Part shown: positions 19,273 through 28,982 of the stretch, one piece after another
How the letters are laid out: each line of letters starts with the position of its first letter
Position numbering within the stretch: position 1 is the stretch's first letter
DNA from: a bacterium
GTDB lineage: Bacteria > UBA8248
Direction: 5' to 3'
DNA: 64,000 nt
Assembly: GCA_965221165.1 (NCBI GenBank)
Contig: CBDCRP010000002.1
Location: 1,344,001-1,408,000 of the forward strand
Made by a program: the position numbers and the translations under genes
The notes under the pieces: generated by a model
Database searches by the model: none
Seen by the model: the letters and a program-made list of their open reading frames with translations, nothing else
What the model was told of the DNA's origin: nothing

Positions 19273-20085
19273 TCATCCGGCGGATTCGAAGCTCCGCTCC
19301 GTCGGGCCGACCGAACTGAGGCCGCAGCGCAGGGCTTCGAGGTTGAACGTCATCCAGGGAGGCACGTTCCCGATGTTGACGTCGGGACCGAATTCGGTGA
19401 TCAGGAATTTCTGCAGTTCATAGATGACGTTGTTCGTCACGCCTTCGATCCACCATCCGGGAAGTTCGAAGATGACCTTCTGCACGTCCATATGGTCGCG
19501 AACGGCATCGATAAGAGCCCTATCAATCTCTCCGCCGGGCATCAATTCAGCCGCTTCGAAAAGCACCACCGAAGAACCCGCATCCAGGCAGATATTCGCC
19601 TGGGAGATCAACTCCGCTATGTCCTGCTTGCCGGTCTTGGAGCCCACCTCACCGTGCACATCGAGGCCCGCGTCTACCGCCGAACGCACCATTCGCTCTC
19701 TCTCGTTGTCGGATAAGGAAACACAGTTGTCCGAAACCTCTATCGCCTCGACCCCGTATTCCGCCGCCGCCTCGAAATAGGGCTGAACCCCGCCCCAGCC
19801 CTGCGTGGCGAAAATGAATTCCAGAAACTGCCCGCCGATGAAGGGCTTGATATCGTGGCTTTTGAACAGTTCGAGCTTCTCGCGATAATAGTCCTCGAGA
19901 TAAAGGCGCGAAGTGCCCACCGCGATTTTGCCCAGGTCGATGAACGGACCGCTCATCCGAAGCAGCCCTTTCAAATACTCGATGGTTTCTCCCTTGTCGA
20001 TCATCATGGTGATCCCGCTGGTTCTGGGTTTTTCCATGCTCCGCTCTTGGGGGAGAGAAACGAAATCAAAGGCGAATCTGGCCAT
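19273..20085 (-). CDS. Phosphosulfolactate synthase (ComA) family protein, divergent
   Basis: KPR.SGITMMIDKG, GTS, EVSD, EVGSK, FGPDVNIGNV and LEALR.GL. Confidence 0.85.
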   Translation of the reverse strand: MARFAFDFVSLPQERSMEKPRTSGITMMIDKGETIEYLKGLLRMSGPFIDLGKIAVGTSRLYLEDYYREKLELFKSHDIKPFIGGQFLEFIFATQGWGGVQPYFEAAAEYGVEAIEVSDNCVSLSDNERERMVRSAVDAGLDVHGEVGSKTGKQDIAELISQANICLDAGSSVVLFEAAELMPGGEIDRALIDAVRDHMDVQKVIFELPGWWIEGVTNNVIYELQKFLITEFGPDVNIGNVPPWMTFNLEALRCGLSSVGPTERSFESAG

Positions 20086-20339
20086 TTTGAACTCCTTGTC
20101 CTTCTCGTATCCTTACTCGGGGTCAGGGTTCTCAGTAAATCGCATCAATCCCGCAGTTGCAAGGATGAAATGCGAGGGGGTTTATCAGTTCCCTCCATTC
20201 GATGATCAACCGCGTTTGATTAGGCTCAAGGCGCGCGCGCAAGTATAATGCGGCCACACTCCATGCACTTGCGGGCGAAGTCAGAGCCGGAGAACCCGCC
20301 CGAACAGGGACACCCCCAAGAACCCATGAAGGAGGAAAC

Positions 20340-21353
20340 ATGCCGGATTTCTCGAAACCCGTATTCATCGTCAGCGCTCCCCGCTCGGGATCGACCCTGT
20401 TCCGGCTCATCCTGGACGCCCACCCGCGCCTGGCGGTGCCCTCCCCCGCCTGGCTGTATGAAATGGTCTACCCCTATCTCTACAGCTATGGCGACCTCGC
20501 GAGACCTGAGAACCTCACGGCGCTCGCCGAGGACATCTTCGAAAGCCCCTTCATCCAAAACATGAAACTCGACATCACGCCCCAGGACCTGATTTCCGCG
20601 TCGGAAGAGCCTACTTTCCGCGGTCTTTATGATGCTCTTCACCGCCACTACGCCGAGAGCACGGGCAAGGAGCGATGGGGCGAGAAATCTCCCAGGAATT
20701 CATTCTGGATGGAGGAGATCAAACAGGATTTCGAGGATGCGCAATTCGTCCACATCGTGCGCGATGGACGCGACATGGCGATCGACATCGCCGATTCGCC
20801 CGAGATGCTGCCCGAGAACATATATTCGGGCGCCCACGTCTGGAAGGATTTCGCAGGAGCCGCGCACGCATCGGGGAAACGCCTGGGCGAGTCGGATTAC
20901 TACGTCATCCGGTATGAGGATTTGTGCGCAGAGCCTGAGAACGCGCTGAAAAAACTATGCGAATTCCTGAACGAGGACTTCGACGGACAAATGCTGAGCC
21001 ACCAGGAGACGGATTCCTCCAAAAGCTGGAGCGCCCTTCCCAATCATGTGAAGAGCGGGCGGCCCATCACCACGCAATACTGCGATATGTACAAAAAGCG
21101 CCTCCCGGCGGGCGACGTATCCGCGCTGGAAGAAGTGATGGGGGATTTGCTCGTCGAGTTCGGGTATCCGGTGGGTGAAAGCGCAGAACCCATCCCTCCC
21201 AAGCTCGCGGCCCAGTTGATGGAGAGCGAGATGATTTCCGCACCCCGCGTGATCGCCTACCGCAAATGGCATGCCGAAAGGCGCCGGGAGCGACTCGGAG
21301 AAGGCGTCTGGAAGCTCGAAGAGCGAGAATCTCTCTTACGCTCCCTTTGCTGA
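20340..21353 (+). CDS. Sulfotransferase family protein (paralog 1)
   Basis: 5'-PSB loop APRSGST, WGEKSP, HIVRDGRD and IRYEDL...PE. Confidence 0.9.
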   Translation: MPDFSKPVFIVSAPRSGSTLFRLILDAHPRLAVPSPAWLYEMVYPYLYSYGDLARPENLTALAEDIFESPFIQNMKLDITPQDLISASEEPTFRGLYDALHRHYAESTGKERWGEKSPRNSFWMEEIKQDFEDAQFVHIVRDGRDMAIDIADSPEMLPENIYSGAHVWKDFAGAAHASGKRLGESDYYVIRYEDLCAEPENALKKLCEFLNEDFDGQMLSHQETDSSKSWSALPNHVKSGRPITTQYCDMYKKRLPAGDVSALEEVMGDLLVEFGYPVGESAEPIPPKLAAQLMESEMISAPRVIAYRKWHAERRRERLGEGVWKLEERESLLRSLC

Positions 21354-21610
21354 TGATGGAGAGGCGACTTACGGCTCATCGAGACTTACCCGGGCGGGTG
21401 AGGCGCGCTTGTGCCGCCTTCGTGGATTCACTATGATGATGGCCATCCATATATTATTTGAGCCATGCGCCGTTTGAGGAAAATCGGCTTGCTCATTTTC
21501 TCTTTCGCTCGCGGCGCATCTCTCGCGGCGCGCAAAACCACCAGGAAAAAGGAGCCGAGTTCACGGGCTCGAAACGAAATCTGGGAAAACCTGCTCATGG
21601 AGGAAGCCTG

Positions 21611-22591
21611 ATGTCAAAGATCGTGAAATGCTTCATCATCTGTGGTGTTTTGGTATTGACGGGATTCCATTCTGCCCCGGCGCGGGCGGCCTATCCTGAA
21701 CGCGCCATCAACTACATCGTCGCCTACAGGGTCGGGGGCGGTTCCGACAGGACGTCGCGCGCTTTCGTTCCCTTCCTGGAGAAACATTTAGGACCAGGGG
21801 CCAAGATCGCCATCATCAACAAGCCCGGCGCGGGCGGCAACATCGGATTCAACGCGATAGCGAACGCCAAGCCCGACGGCTACACCATCGGCATGACGAA
21901 CTTCCCCCAAGCCATCGTCGGCCCCATCATGGGGAAGGTGAAATACACCATCAAGGACTTCGATTTTTTGGGCAACGTCAACAGGGGGCCGACGACGTTC
22001 GCCGTGCTCAAGACGAGCAAGTACAAATCCTTAAGCGACCTCATGGCTGACGCCAAGAAGAACCCCGGTAAAATCTCGATAGGCGTAGCGGCGCTCAGCA
22101 GCGTCCACAGCATCGGAACCAGCAAGTTCATGGTCAAGACGGGACTCAAACTGAACAAGGTGCCCTTCGGCGGCGGCGGCCCCGCGCGCAACGCCTTGCT
22201 GGGCGGCCACGTTCCGACCCTGGCGATATCGCTCTCGGCCATCGCCAAGTTCAAGGACAAGGTGCGCATCATCGCCCAGGCGTCGCCCAAGCGAGTGGCC
22301 ATCGGCTCCTGGATTCCGACGTTCAAGGAGCTAGGCGTGGACATCACCAACTTCGTCTATCGTCCCGTGGCCGCTCCCAAGGGGGTGCCGGCGTCGATTC
22401 TGGCGAAGCTGCGCGCCGCCTTCAAAAAGGCGATTGCGGACCCGGGATTCCTGAAAGTGGCGAAGAAGCAAAAAATTGCGGTGGAATACACGAGCGGGCA
22501 GGAGATGGCGAAAGTCGCAGGCGCTTCTCACATGGCCCACGAGATGCTCTGGAAGACGAATCCCTGGATGAAGAAGAAAAAGAAGAAATAA
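21611..22591 (+). CDS. Tripartite tricarboxylate transporter substrate-binding protein (TctC/Bug)
   Basis: Signal peptide, YPERAI.YIV...GGGSD, NKPGAGG.IG, AKPDGYT, VPFGGGG and PTFKELG. Confidence 0.93.
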   Translation: MSKIVKCFIICGVLVLTGFHSAPARAAYPERAINYIVAYRVGGGSDRTSRAFVPFLEKHLGPGAKIAIINKPGAGGNIGFNAIANAKPDGYTIGMTNFPQAIVGPIMGKVKYTIKDFDFLGNVNRGPTTFAVLKTSKYKSLSDLMADAKKNPGKISIGVAALSSVHSIGTSKFMVKTGLKLNKVPFGGGGPARNALLGGHVPTLAISLSAIAKFKDKVRIIAQASPKRVAIGSWIPTFKELGVDITNFVYRPVAAPKGVPASILAKLRAAFKKAIADPGFLKVAKKQKIAVEYTSGQEMAKVAGASHMAHEMLWKTNPWMKKKKKK

Positions 22592-22683
22592 AAACAATCC
22601 GGGTTTTCGCCTGAACGTCGACGTAGAATCACAAGCAACCTGGGGGTGGGATCTGCTATTGCGCCTCGGGCCGGGTGGAGCGT

Positions 22684-23466
22684 ATGCCGCATATCAACGT
22701 ATCGGGAGTCGACCTCCACTACGTCGACGAGGGCGAGGGAAAACCCGTGTTTTTTCTTCACGGAAATGCGGGTTCGGGCCGCGTGTGGCGTAAAATCACG
22801 CCCGGGTTCAAGAAGCGCTACCGCGCCATCGCGCACGACCACCAGGGGTTCGGCGAATCGGAAAAGAACGAAACCGGCGATTTCTCCCCGCGCGGATTCG
22901 CAGGTGAGTTGGCGCGCCTCATGGATGCGCTCGGGGTCGAGAAGGCCCACGTCTGCGGGCTTTCCATGGGAGGCATGATCGCCCAGTGCTTCGCCCTGGA
23001 TTATCCCGAGCGGGTCGATGGACTGATTCTCGTGGGGACCATGCCCGACCGAACGGGGCGGAACGTCCCTGAAACGCTGGCCGAACTGGAGCGAGACGGG
23101 TGGCCCGCCGTTGCGGAGCGCCTCATTCACCATTGGTTTCGCCCGGGCAGCGATGAGGCGGACATAGCGGAAGCGTATGAAATCGCCCTGCAATCGCCGC
23201 AAAAAATGCGCGAACTCACGGTCACCGCGCTCGGGACGTTCGACATCAAGGCGGAACTCCCCGGCATCAAGGCCCCGACTCTCATCCTGAACGGCGAGGC
23301 GGACGTCACCAACGTGATGACGCACTCTGAAATCATGAACGAGGGGATCCCGGGCTCGCGCCTGCTCAGGATTCCAGACTGCGGACACCTGATCCCGATT
23401 GAAAGACCCGAGGCCTTTTGCCGACACACGCTCGGGTTCCTGGCGGAGGTGGACGCCGCGCCTTAA
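22684..23466 (+). CDS. Alpha/beta hydrolase (PcaD enol-lactonase-like)
   Basis: FLHG, D.QGFGES, GLSMGG nucleophile motif, PTLIL.G..D and CGH.IPIERP. Confidence 0.9.
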   Translation: MPHINVSGVDLHYVDEGEGKPVFFLHGNAGSGRVWRKITPGFKKRYRAIAHDHQGFGESEKNETGDFSPRGFAGELARLMDALGVEKAHVCGLSMGGMIAQCFALDYPERVDGLILVGTMPDRTGRNVPETLAELERDGWPAVAERLIHHWFRPGSDEADIAEAYEIALQSPQKMRELTVTALGTFDIKAELPGIKAPTLILNGEADVTNVMTHSEIMNEGIPGSRLLRIPDCGHLIPIERPEAFCRHTLGFLAEVDAAP

Positions 23467-23537
23467 AAGAAACGGGGCGCTCTGTAATTTCGTCTTCGTT
23501 CAGGTCGTCCCTGGCTATGCTCGCGGGGGAAGCGCAA

Positions 23538-23978
23538 GTGCTCAAAAACCATGACAGAATCGCCTCGGTCATCTTCTTCGTCGTGACGACTTTTCTCTTT
23601 ATCCACGCCGATAGTTTCCCCGAGGAAGCGGCCTTCTATCCGCGGATGGTCATCGGATTGATGATCGTCCTATCCGTCCTGATGTTCGTGAAGTCCTGGC
23701 TGAAATCCGGGCGGAGCCAGAAGTTCGAGCCGTTCTTCATTCACCACAAGCGGTTCGTTCTGAGCGCCCTCATGGCTCTGGGCTACATCGCCGGCGTTCA
23801 GTATCTCGGCTATTACAGCGCCTCGTTGATCTTCATTCCCGCAGCGGCGTGGGCGCTGGGCTACCGGAACAGGCTCGTCATGGCGGGCACCACGGTTTGT
23901 TATCTCCTTTTCATCTTCGTGGTTTTCGACCAGCTCTTCGATCGCCCGCTCACGCAGGAATTTTTCCTGCGTCACTAA
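23538..23978 (+). CDS. TctB family small membrane subunit
   Basis: Four hydrophobic segments with FYPR and LGY motifs, located before tctA. GTG start follows GGGGGA. Confidence 0.8.
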   Translation: MLKNHDRIASVIFFVVTTFLFIHADSFPEEAAFYPRMVIGLMIVLSVLMFVKSWLKSGRSQKFEPFFIHHKRFVLSALMALGYIAGVQYLGYYSASLIFIPAAAWALGYRNRLVMAGTTVCYLLFIFVVFDQLFDRPLTQEFFLRH

Positions 23979-24046
23979 GGAGGAGTGAGAAACATCGTGC
24001 CCGGACACCGATTTCATCCCACACGCCAAGCCCCGGGAATGAAACC

Positions 24047-25573
24047 TTGATCGAGCCTTTCTACAATTCCCTCTGGGTTATCCTCGAGTGGCAGAACATT
24101 CTCGCCATGGTCGTGGGGGTGATCGGCGGCATCATTTTCGGCGCCATTCCGGGCCTGACCGCGACGATGGGCATCGCTCTCTTGATCCCCCTCACCTTCG
24201 GCATGTCGCCGCTCATGGCGCTGGGGATGATGGCCGGAATCCACAACGGCGGCTCATACGGCGGCGCCATACCCGCCGTCTTGCTGCGCATTCCGGGCAC
24301 GCCGGGCGCCATCGCCACCACTTTCGACGGCTACCCGATGGCCCAGCAGGGTCTCGCCGAACGGGCGCTCAAGATCGCCTGCGTCTCCTCGGCGGTGGGA
24401 GGCATGGTGAGCGCCGTATCCTTGATGACGCTCTCCCCGCCCCTCGCGGAATTCGCCTTGGCCTTCGGCCCGCCGGAAATTTTCTGGATCAGCCTGTTCG
24501 GTCTTTCCAGCATCGCCGTGCTGCTGGGCTCAGACCCCATCAAGGGCCTCATGGCGTCGTGCATCGGGCTGCTCCTAGGGATGGTGGGCCTCGACCACGT
24601 GACCGGGTATGAGCGCTTCACGTTCGATACGCTTGAGCTCTCAGGCGGCCTGCAACTCATCGTCATCATGGTCGGCGTGTATGCGCTGCCGCCTGCGTTT
24701 CAGATGGCCGAGCGCGCGATCATGACCGGCGTCAAATCCAAAGACCTCGAATTCGAGGGCAAATCGGACATGGCGAACTGGCCGTGGGCGCAAATTTTCC
24801 CCGCGTGGGTCCGCGCGAACGTCATCGGGATAATCATCGGGATTCTTCCGGGAGTCGGGGGAGTCGTCGGCGCCTTCGTCGCATATAACGAAACCAAACG
24901 CTCATCGAAAGATCCCGATAGCTTCGGGAAGGGAAACCCGGTGGGCGTCGCCGTGGCCGAATGCGCCAACAACGCGGACAACGCGGCCGCCATGATCCCC
25001 GCACTCACGCTGGGGGTCCCCGGCAGCGGGCTGGCCGCCCTCATACTGGCCGGCCTGCTCATCCACGGACTCGAACCGGGCCCGCGCCTGTTCAAGGAAG
25101 CGCCCGACGTGGTGTACGGCTATATGTGGGCGATGCTGTTCACCTCCGCGTCCTTGTTCGTGTTCGGCGGCATCATCGCGACGAAGCTGTTCGCCAACAT
25201 CCTGCGGCTGGCGCAGGTGCAGTTGATGCCGCTCATCATCGCGCTGACGGTGGTGGGGGTCTATTCGTTCGAGAACAGCATCTTCAACGTGTACCTGATG
25301 CTGGGGTTCAGTCTTTTCGGCTATGCGCTCGAAAGACTGAAGTTTCCCATCGCCCCCTTGATTCTCGGCCTCATCCTGGGGCCGAAAGTCGAGTTCAACC
25401 TCAGGGTTTCGCTTCGATTGTCGCAGGACGACTGGTCGATCCTGTGGACCCGGCCGATCAGTATCGCCCTCATCGTGTTGACCGCTCTCGTCCTCGCGTA
25501 TCCGATGATTTCCGCCCTTTTACGCAAGCGCAAAGACGAGCCCGAAGAGGCGTTCGCCTTAGGAGAAGAGTAA
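24047..25573 (+). CDS. TctA family tripartite tricarboxylate transporter permease (start approximate)
   Basis: GAIPGL, YGG.IPAVLL.IPGTP, DGYPMA, E.ANNA and LGVPG. Confidence 0.94.
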   Translation: MIEPFYNSLWVILEWQNILAMVVGVIGGIIFGAIPGLTATMGIALLIPLTFGMSPLMALGMMAGIHNGGSYGGAIPAVLLRIPGTPGAIATTFDGYPMAQQGLAERALKIACVSSAVGGMVSAVSLMTLSPPLAEFALAFGPPEIFWISLFGLSSIAVLLGSDPIKGLMASCIGLLLGMVGLDHVTGYERFTFDTLELSGGLQLIVIMVGVYALPPAFQMAERAIMTGVKSKDLEFEGKSDMANWPWAQIFPAWVRANVIGIIIGILPGVGGVVGAFVAYNETKRSSKDPDSFGKGNPVGVAVAECANNADNAAAMIPALTLGVPGSGLAALILAGLLIHGLEPGPRLFKEAPDVVYGYMWAMLFTSASLFVFGGIIATKLFANILRLAQVQLMPLIIALTVVGVYSFENSIFNVYLMLGFSLFGYALERLKFPIAPLILGLILGPKVEFNLRVSLRLSQDDWSILWTRPISIALIVLTALVLAYPMISALLRKRKDEPEEAFALGEE

Positions 25574-25929
25574 TCCGGCCGCCCGGCCCTCAAAGTTCAC
25601 CGAAACGATACAGGCTTGACCCGAAAAATGTTTGTTTGTATACCACCTACATAGCCTCTCATTTTCAGAGCGACTGTGTCCTTTTCAGATTTTGGGAAGG
25701 ATGAACCACCAAAGGCGGGGATTTCCCCCGGCGTCTCTTAGTTCCGTGGAGGAATACGAAAGACCAGATCCATATCTTCCCAGATTGCACGAATACTTCA
25801 TCACCCCACGGGAAACGATGATTCGAGGAATTGCACAAGATAGGGACTTTGAAAATTTTCGAATGCCGATAAAAGGAATGCCCGGATTCCTTTTCGGATG
25901 AAAATACGGACAATCCAGAGGCGGAGCCG

Positions 25930-27852
25930 ATGCAGGATAAAGCCGAGGGAATAGGGTCTCAACAAAGGAATCTCTCCGGGCCTCTGGCGAAAATCGTATT
26001 CGCCTTCGGGGCGCTGAGCACCGCCTTTCACCTTTACGTTCTCATGGTCCGGCCGATTCAGCCCTGGCTGCTCCGGTCTTTTCACTTGACGGCTGCCGCC
26101 ATTCTCGTTTTTATTCTCATCCCCTGGAAAGCGGAGAAGAAAAACGAAGGTCCCGGCCCCGCCGATTTTCTTCTTATTTTTCTGATCATTACGACGACCC
26201 TGTACCTGATCGTCGACTTCGACAGAATCCTCTACCGGGTCGGCGTCGACCCCAATGGCTACGACGTTCTTTTCGCCACCCTCACGTTTCTCATCATCCT
26301 GGAAATGGGACGCCGGTTGCAGGGATACGTGCTTCCCATTCTCGCCCTTATCTGCCTGGCTTACGCGCTGTGGGGGGACTATCTTCCGGGCTTGTGGGGG
26401 CACAGGGGCTATCCGTTTCCGCGCGTCGTCACGTATCTCTACAGCCTGGAAGGAATTTTCGGGCCTCCGCTGGCGGCCTCGTCCACCTTCATCATCCTCT
26501 TCATCCTCTTCGGCGCCGCCCTTCAGCGCTCGGGCGCGGGCCGGCTCTTCATCGATACGTCTTTGGCCATCGCCGGCGGCGCAAGAGGCGGGCCGGCCAA
26601 GGTGGCGGTTTTCGCCAGCAGTCTTTTCGGCACCATGTCGGGCAGTTCGGTGACGAACGTGGTGACGACAGGCACGTTCACCATCCCGTTGATGAAGAAC
26701 ATCGGTTATCGGCCCGCCTTCGCGGGGGCCGTCGAAACCGTCGCTTCCACCGGAGGGCAACTCATGCCCCCCGTCATGGGAGTCACGGCGTTCGTGATGG
26801 CGGAGGTGACCGGCATCCCCTATCTCAAAATCGCCGCGGCGGGCCTCATACCCGCCATTCTCTTCTACGTGGCGGTCTACTTCATGATCGGCGTCGAAGC
26901 CAGAAACTTGGGACTCAGCGGCCTGCCCAAGAGCGATCTTCCGCGTCTGGGAAACGTCCTGCGCTTAAACGGCCATCTTCTTCTGCCCATATTCGTCCTC
27001 ATCTACTTCCTGGTCTACGTGCGGGTCTCGCCGATGAAGTCGGCCTTTTACGCCGTTTTTGCGGCCGTAATTGCGAGCTGGTTCCGGCAAGAGACGCGCA
27101 TGGGGGCGAAAAGGGTGGCCGAGGCGCTCTACCGGACGATGGAAGGCGTCATCCACGTGGCGACTCCCAGCGCGCTGGCGGGCGTGGTCGTGGGCGTCTT
27201 GTCTCTCACGGGGCTGGGGCTCAAGGTCACGGATTTGTTGCTCTCCTACGTGGGGGACAGTAAATTTCTGGGGCTTCTCGCCGTCATGCTGGTCTCCATC
27301 GTCCTGGGTATGGGCGTGCCCACCGTCGCCGCCTACCTCGTCGCCGCGGCCGCCGCCGGCCCCGCTCTCGTGAAACTGGGGGTCCCGCTCTTAAGCGCCC
27401 ACATGTTCATTTTCTACTACGCCGTGCTGGCCACGATGACGCCGCCCGTCGCGGCTTCCGCCTTCGCCGCGGGCGCGCTCGCAGGAGCCCATCCCATGCA
27501 GGTCGGCTTCATGGCGGTGCGGCTCGGAATCGCCGCCTACATCGTCCCGTTCCTGTTCGTCTATGGGGATTCCCTCTTGATGCAAGGCTCCTGGGCGGAA
27601 ATCGGCGCCTCGGTGGCCACCGCCCTTTTCGGCATGTACGCCCTGGCGAGGTGCGTCATCGATCGTGGAATCCGCCTGTGGCGCAGAGGCTTGTTGGGGG
27701 CGGCGGCCCTGCTGCTGATCCTCACCGGCGGTCTGACGGATTTACTCGGCCTCATCGTGCTTGGCGTGGGCGTGAGTGGTGACCTTCTCTCCATGTACCA
27801 AAGGATTCGTGGTGGGAAGCAAAAAGAAGATTCGCTTCAAAAGAGTCCATGA
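25930..27852 (+). CDS. TRAP transporter fused 4TM/12TM permease (TAXI type)
   Basis: RGGPAKVAV, SGSSV.NV..TG.FTIPLMK, ASTGGQLMPPVMG, LGMGVPT and TPPVA. Confidence 0.94.
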   Translation: MQDKAEGIGSQQRNLSGPLAKIVFAFGALSTAFHLYVLMVRPIQPWLLRSFHLTAAAILVFILIPWKAEKKNEGPGPADFLLIFLIITTTLYLIVDFDRILYRVGVDPNGYDVLFATLTFLIILEMGRRLQGYVLPILALICLAYALWGDYLPGLWGHRGYPFPRVVTYLYSLEGIFGPPLAASSTFIILFILFGAALQRSGAGRLFIDTSLAIAGGARGGPAKVAVFASSLFGTMSGSSVTNVVTTGTFTIPLMKNIGYRPAFAGAVETVASTGGQLMPPVMGVTAFVMAEVTGIPYLKIAAAGLIPAILFYVAVYFMIGVEARNLGLSGLPKSDLPRLGNVLRLNGHLLLPIFVLIYFLVYVRVSPMKSAFYAVFAAVIASWFRQETRMGAKRVAEALYRTMEGVIHVATPSALAGVVVGVLSLTGLGLKVTDLLLSYVGDSKFLGLLAVMLVSIVLGMGVPTVAAYLVAAAAAGPALVKLGVPLLSAHMFIFYYAVLATMTPPVAASAFAAGALAGAHPMQVGFMAVRLGIAAYIVPFLFVYGDSLLMQGSWAEIGASVATALFGMYALARCVIDRGIRLWRRGLLGAAALLLILTGGLTDLLGLIVLGVGVSGDLLSMYQRIRGGKQKEDSLQKSP

Positions 27853-27909
27853 ACGTGGATATTTCCGTGAACATTGCAGTCTACACATCTCATCCAGAGG
27901 AGAAAGACC

Positions 27910-28914
27910 ATGAATTTCCCCGGCAAGCAGATTAAACACATGGTTATTGCGATCATCGCCGTGTTCGTTCTCGGCGTCCTCCAATCGGCTCCCGCAGAGG
28001 GCGCCAGAAAAGACTGGCCCAAGCGCATCACCATCGGCGGCGGGCCGCTCCAGGGAACCATCCAGTTTCAGGCGTTGGGCTGGTCCAGCGTGCTGAACAA
28101 GGTCTTGAAGCTCAATTCCTCGGTGGAATCGACCGCGGGCGCAACGGTGAACGCCAGACTCATCAGCCAGGGCAGACAGGACTTCGGCTTCGGCACGAGC
28201 TCCAGCATCTCGGACGCCGCTTATTTCGGAAGAGGGTTCGCCAAGGGTGTTCGCTACAAGAACCTTCGCATCATGTCGCCGGTGGACAGTTCCGGCGTCC
28301 AGTTCTGGACCCCGGCGAAAAGCCCCATCATGAAAGCCGAGGACATCGCCGGCAGACGCCTCAACATCAGCCGTCCGGGAAGCGGCGTGGATCGCTTCGG
28401 CCGCAATCTCATGAAGGTGGTCGGCCTCAAGCCCAGCCAGGTGACCAACGTGGGCCACGGCCAGGCGAACCGGATGATGCAGGACGGCATTCTGGACGTC
28501 GCCGCCACGATAGGCGCGCCGCCTCATCCCGCCGTCGCCTCCATCACCTCCCAACTGCCTTTCCGCGTGTTCGGGCTCGGGCACGGGAAGTGGGCGGAAA
28601 TGATGCTGGCGAAATACCCGTTTTACGTGAAAACCGCGATCGTCGGCGGCATGTACAAGGGAAATCCAAAGCCCGTCCAGACCATCGGGCAAACGAACTG
28701 GCTCGGGTCGGGCGCGCACGTGCCGAACGACCTCGTCTACGAGGTGGTGAAGGCGACTTTCGCCAACAAGAAGGATTTGGTTCTCGCCCACAGATCCTGG
28801 GAATCCCTGGACATCAACAAGATGACGAAGGCGAACATTCCCGTACATCCCGGCGCGGCTCGATACTACAAGGAAAAAGGCATCAAACTACCCAAGGCGG
28901 CCATGGCGAAGTAA
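27910..28914 (+). CDS. TAXI family TRAP solute-binding protein
   Basis: Signal peptide, T.G...N, GSG and C-terminal IPVHPGAARYYKEKG. Confidence 0.92.
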   Translation: MNFPGKQIKHMVIAIIAVFVLGVLQSAPAEGARKDWPKRITIGGGPLQGTIQFQALGWSSVLNKVLKLNSSVESTAGATVNARLISQGRQDFGFGTSSSISDAAYFGRGFAKGVRYKNLRIMSPVDSSGVQFWTPAKSPIMKAEDIAGRRLNISRPGSGVDRFGRNLMKVVGLKPSQVTNVGHGQANRMMQDGILDVAATIGAPPHPAVASITSQLPFRVFGLGHGKWAEMMLAKYPFYVKTAIVGGMYKGNPKPVQTIGQTNWLGSGAHVPNDLVYEVVKATFANKKDLVLAHRSWESLDINKMTKANIPVHPGAARYYKEKGIKLPKAAMAK

Positions 28915-28982
28915 AGGATTATTTTCGGGTGATTAACGAGCGGCCCCGTCGAACAATTTTCGGGCCGCTTGAATGAAAACCG

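Noticed and set aside
21348-21356. TGC-TGA-TGA at the end of sulfotransferase 1 as a C-terminal Cys-Sec
   Set aside because: The paralog ends at nearly the same position with TAA, and I see no convincing SECIS. An ordinary double stop is more likely.
23977-24050. Strong SD followed by a short out-of-frame ORF whose TGA overlaps the tctA TTG
   Set aside because: It could be translational coupling, but chance or start-site ambiguity explains it equally well and there is no further support.
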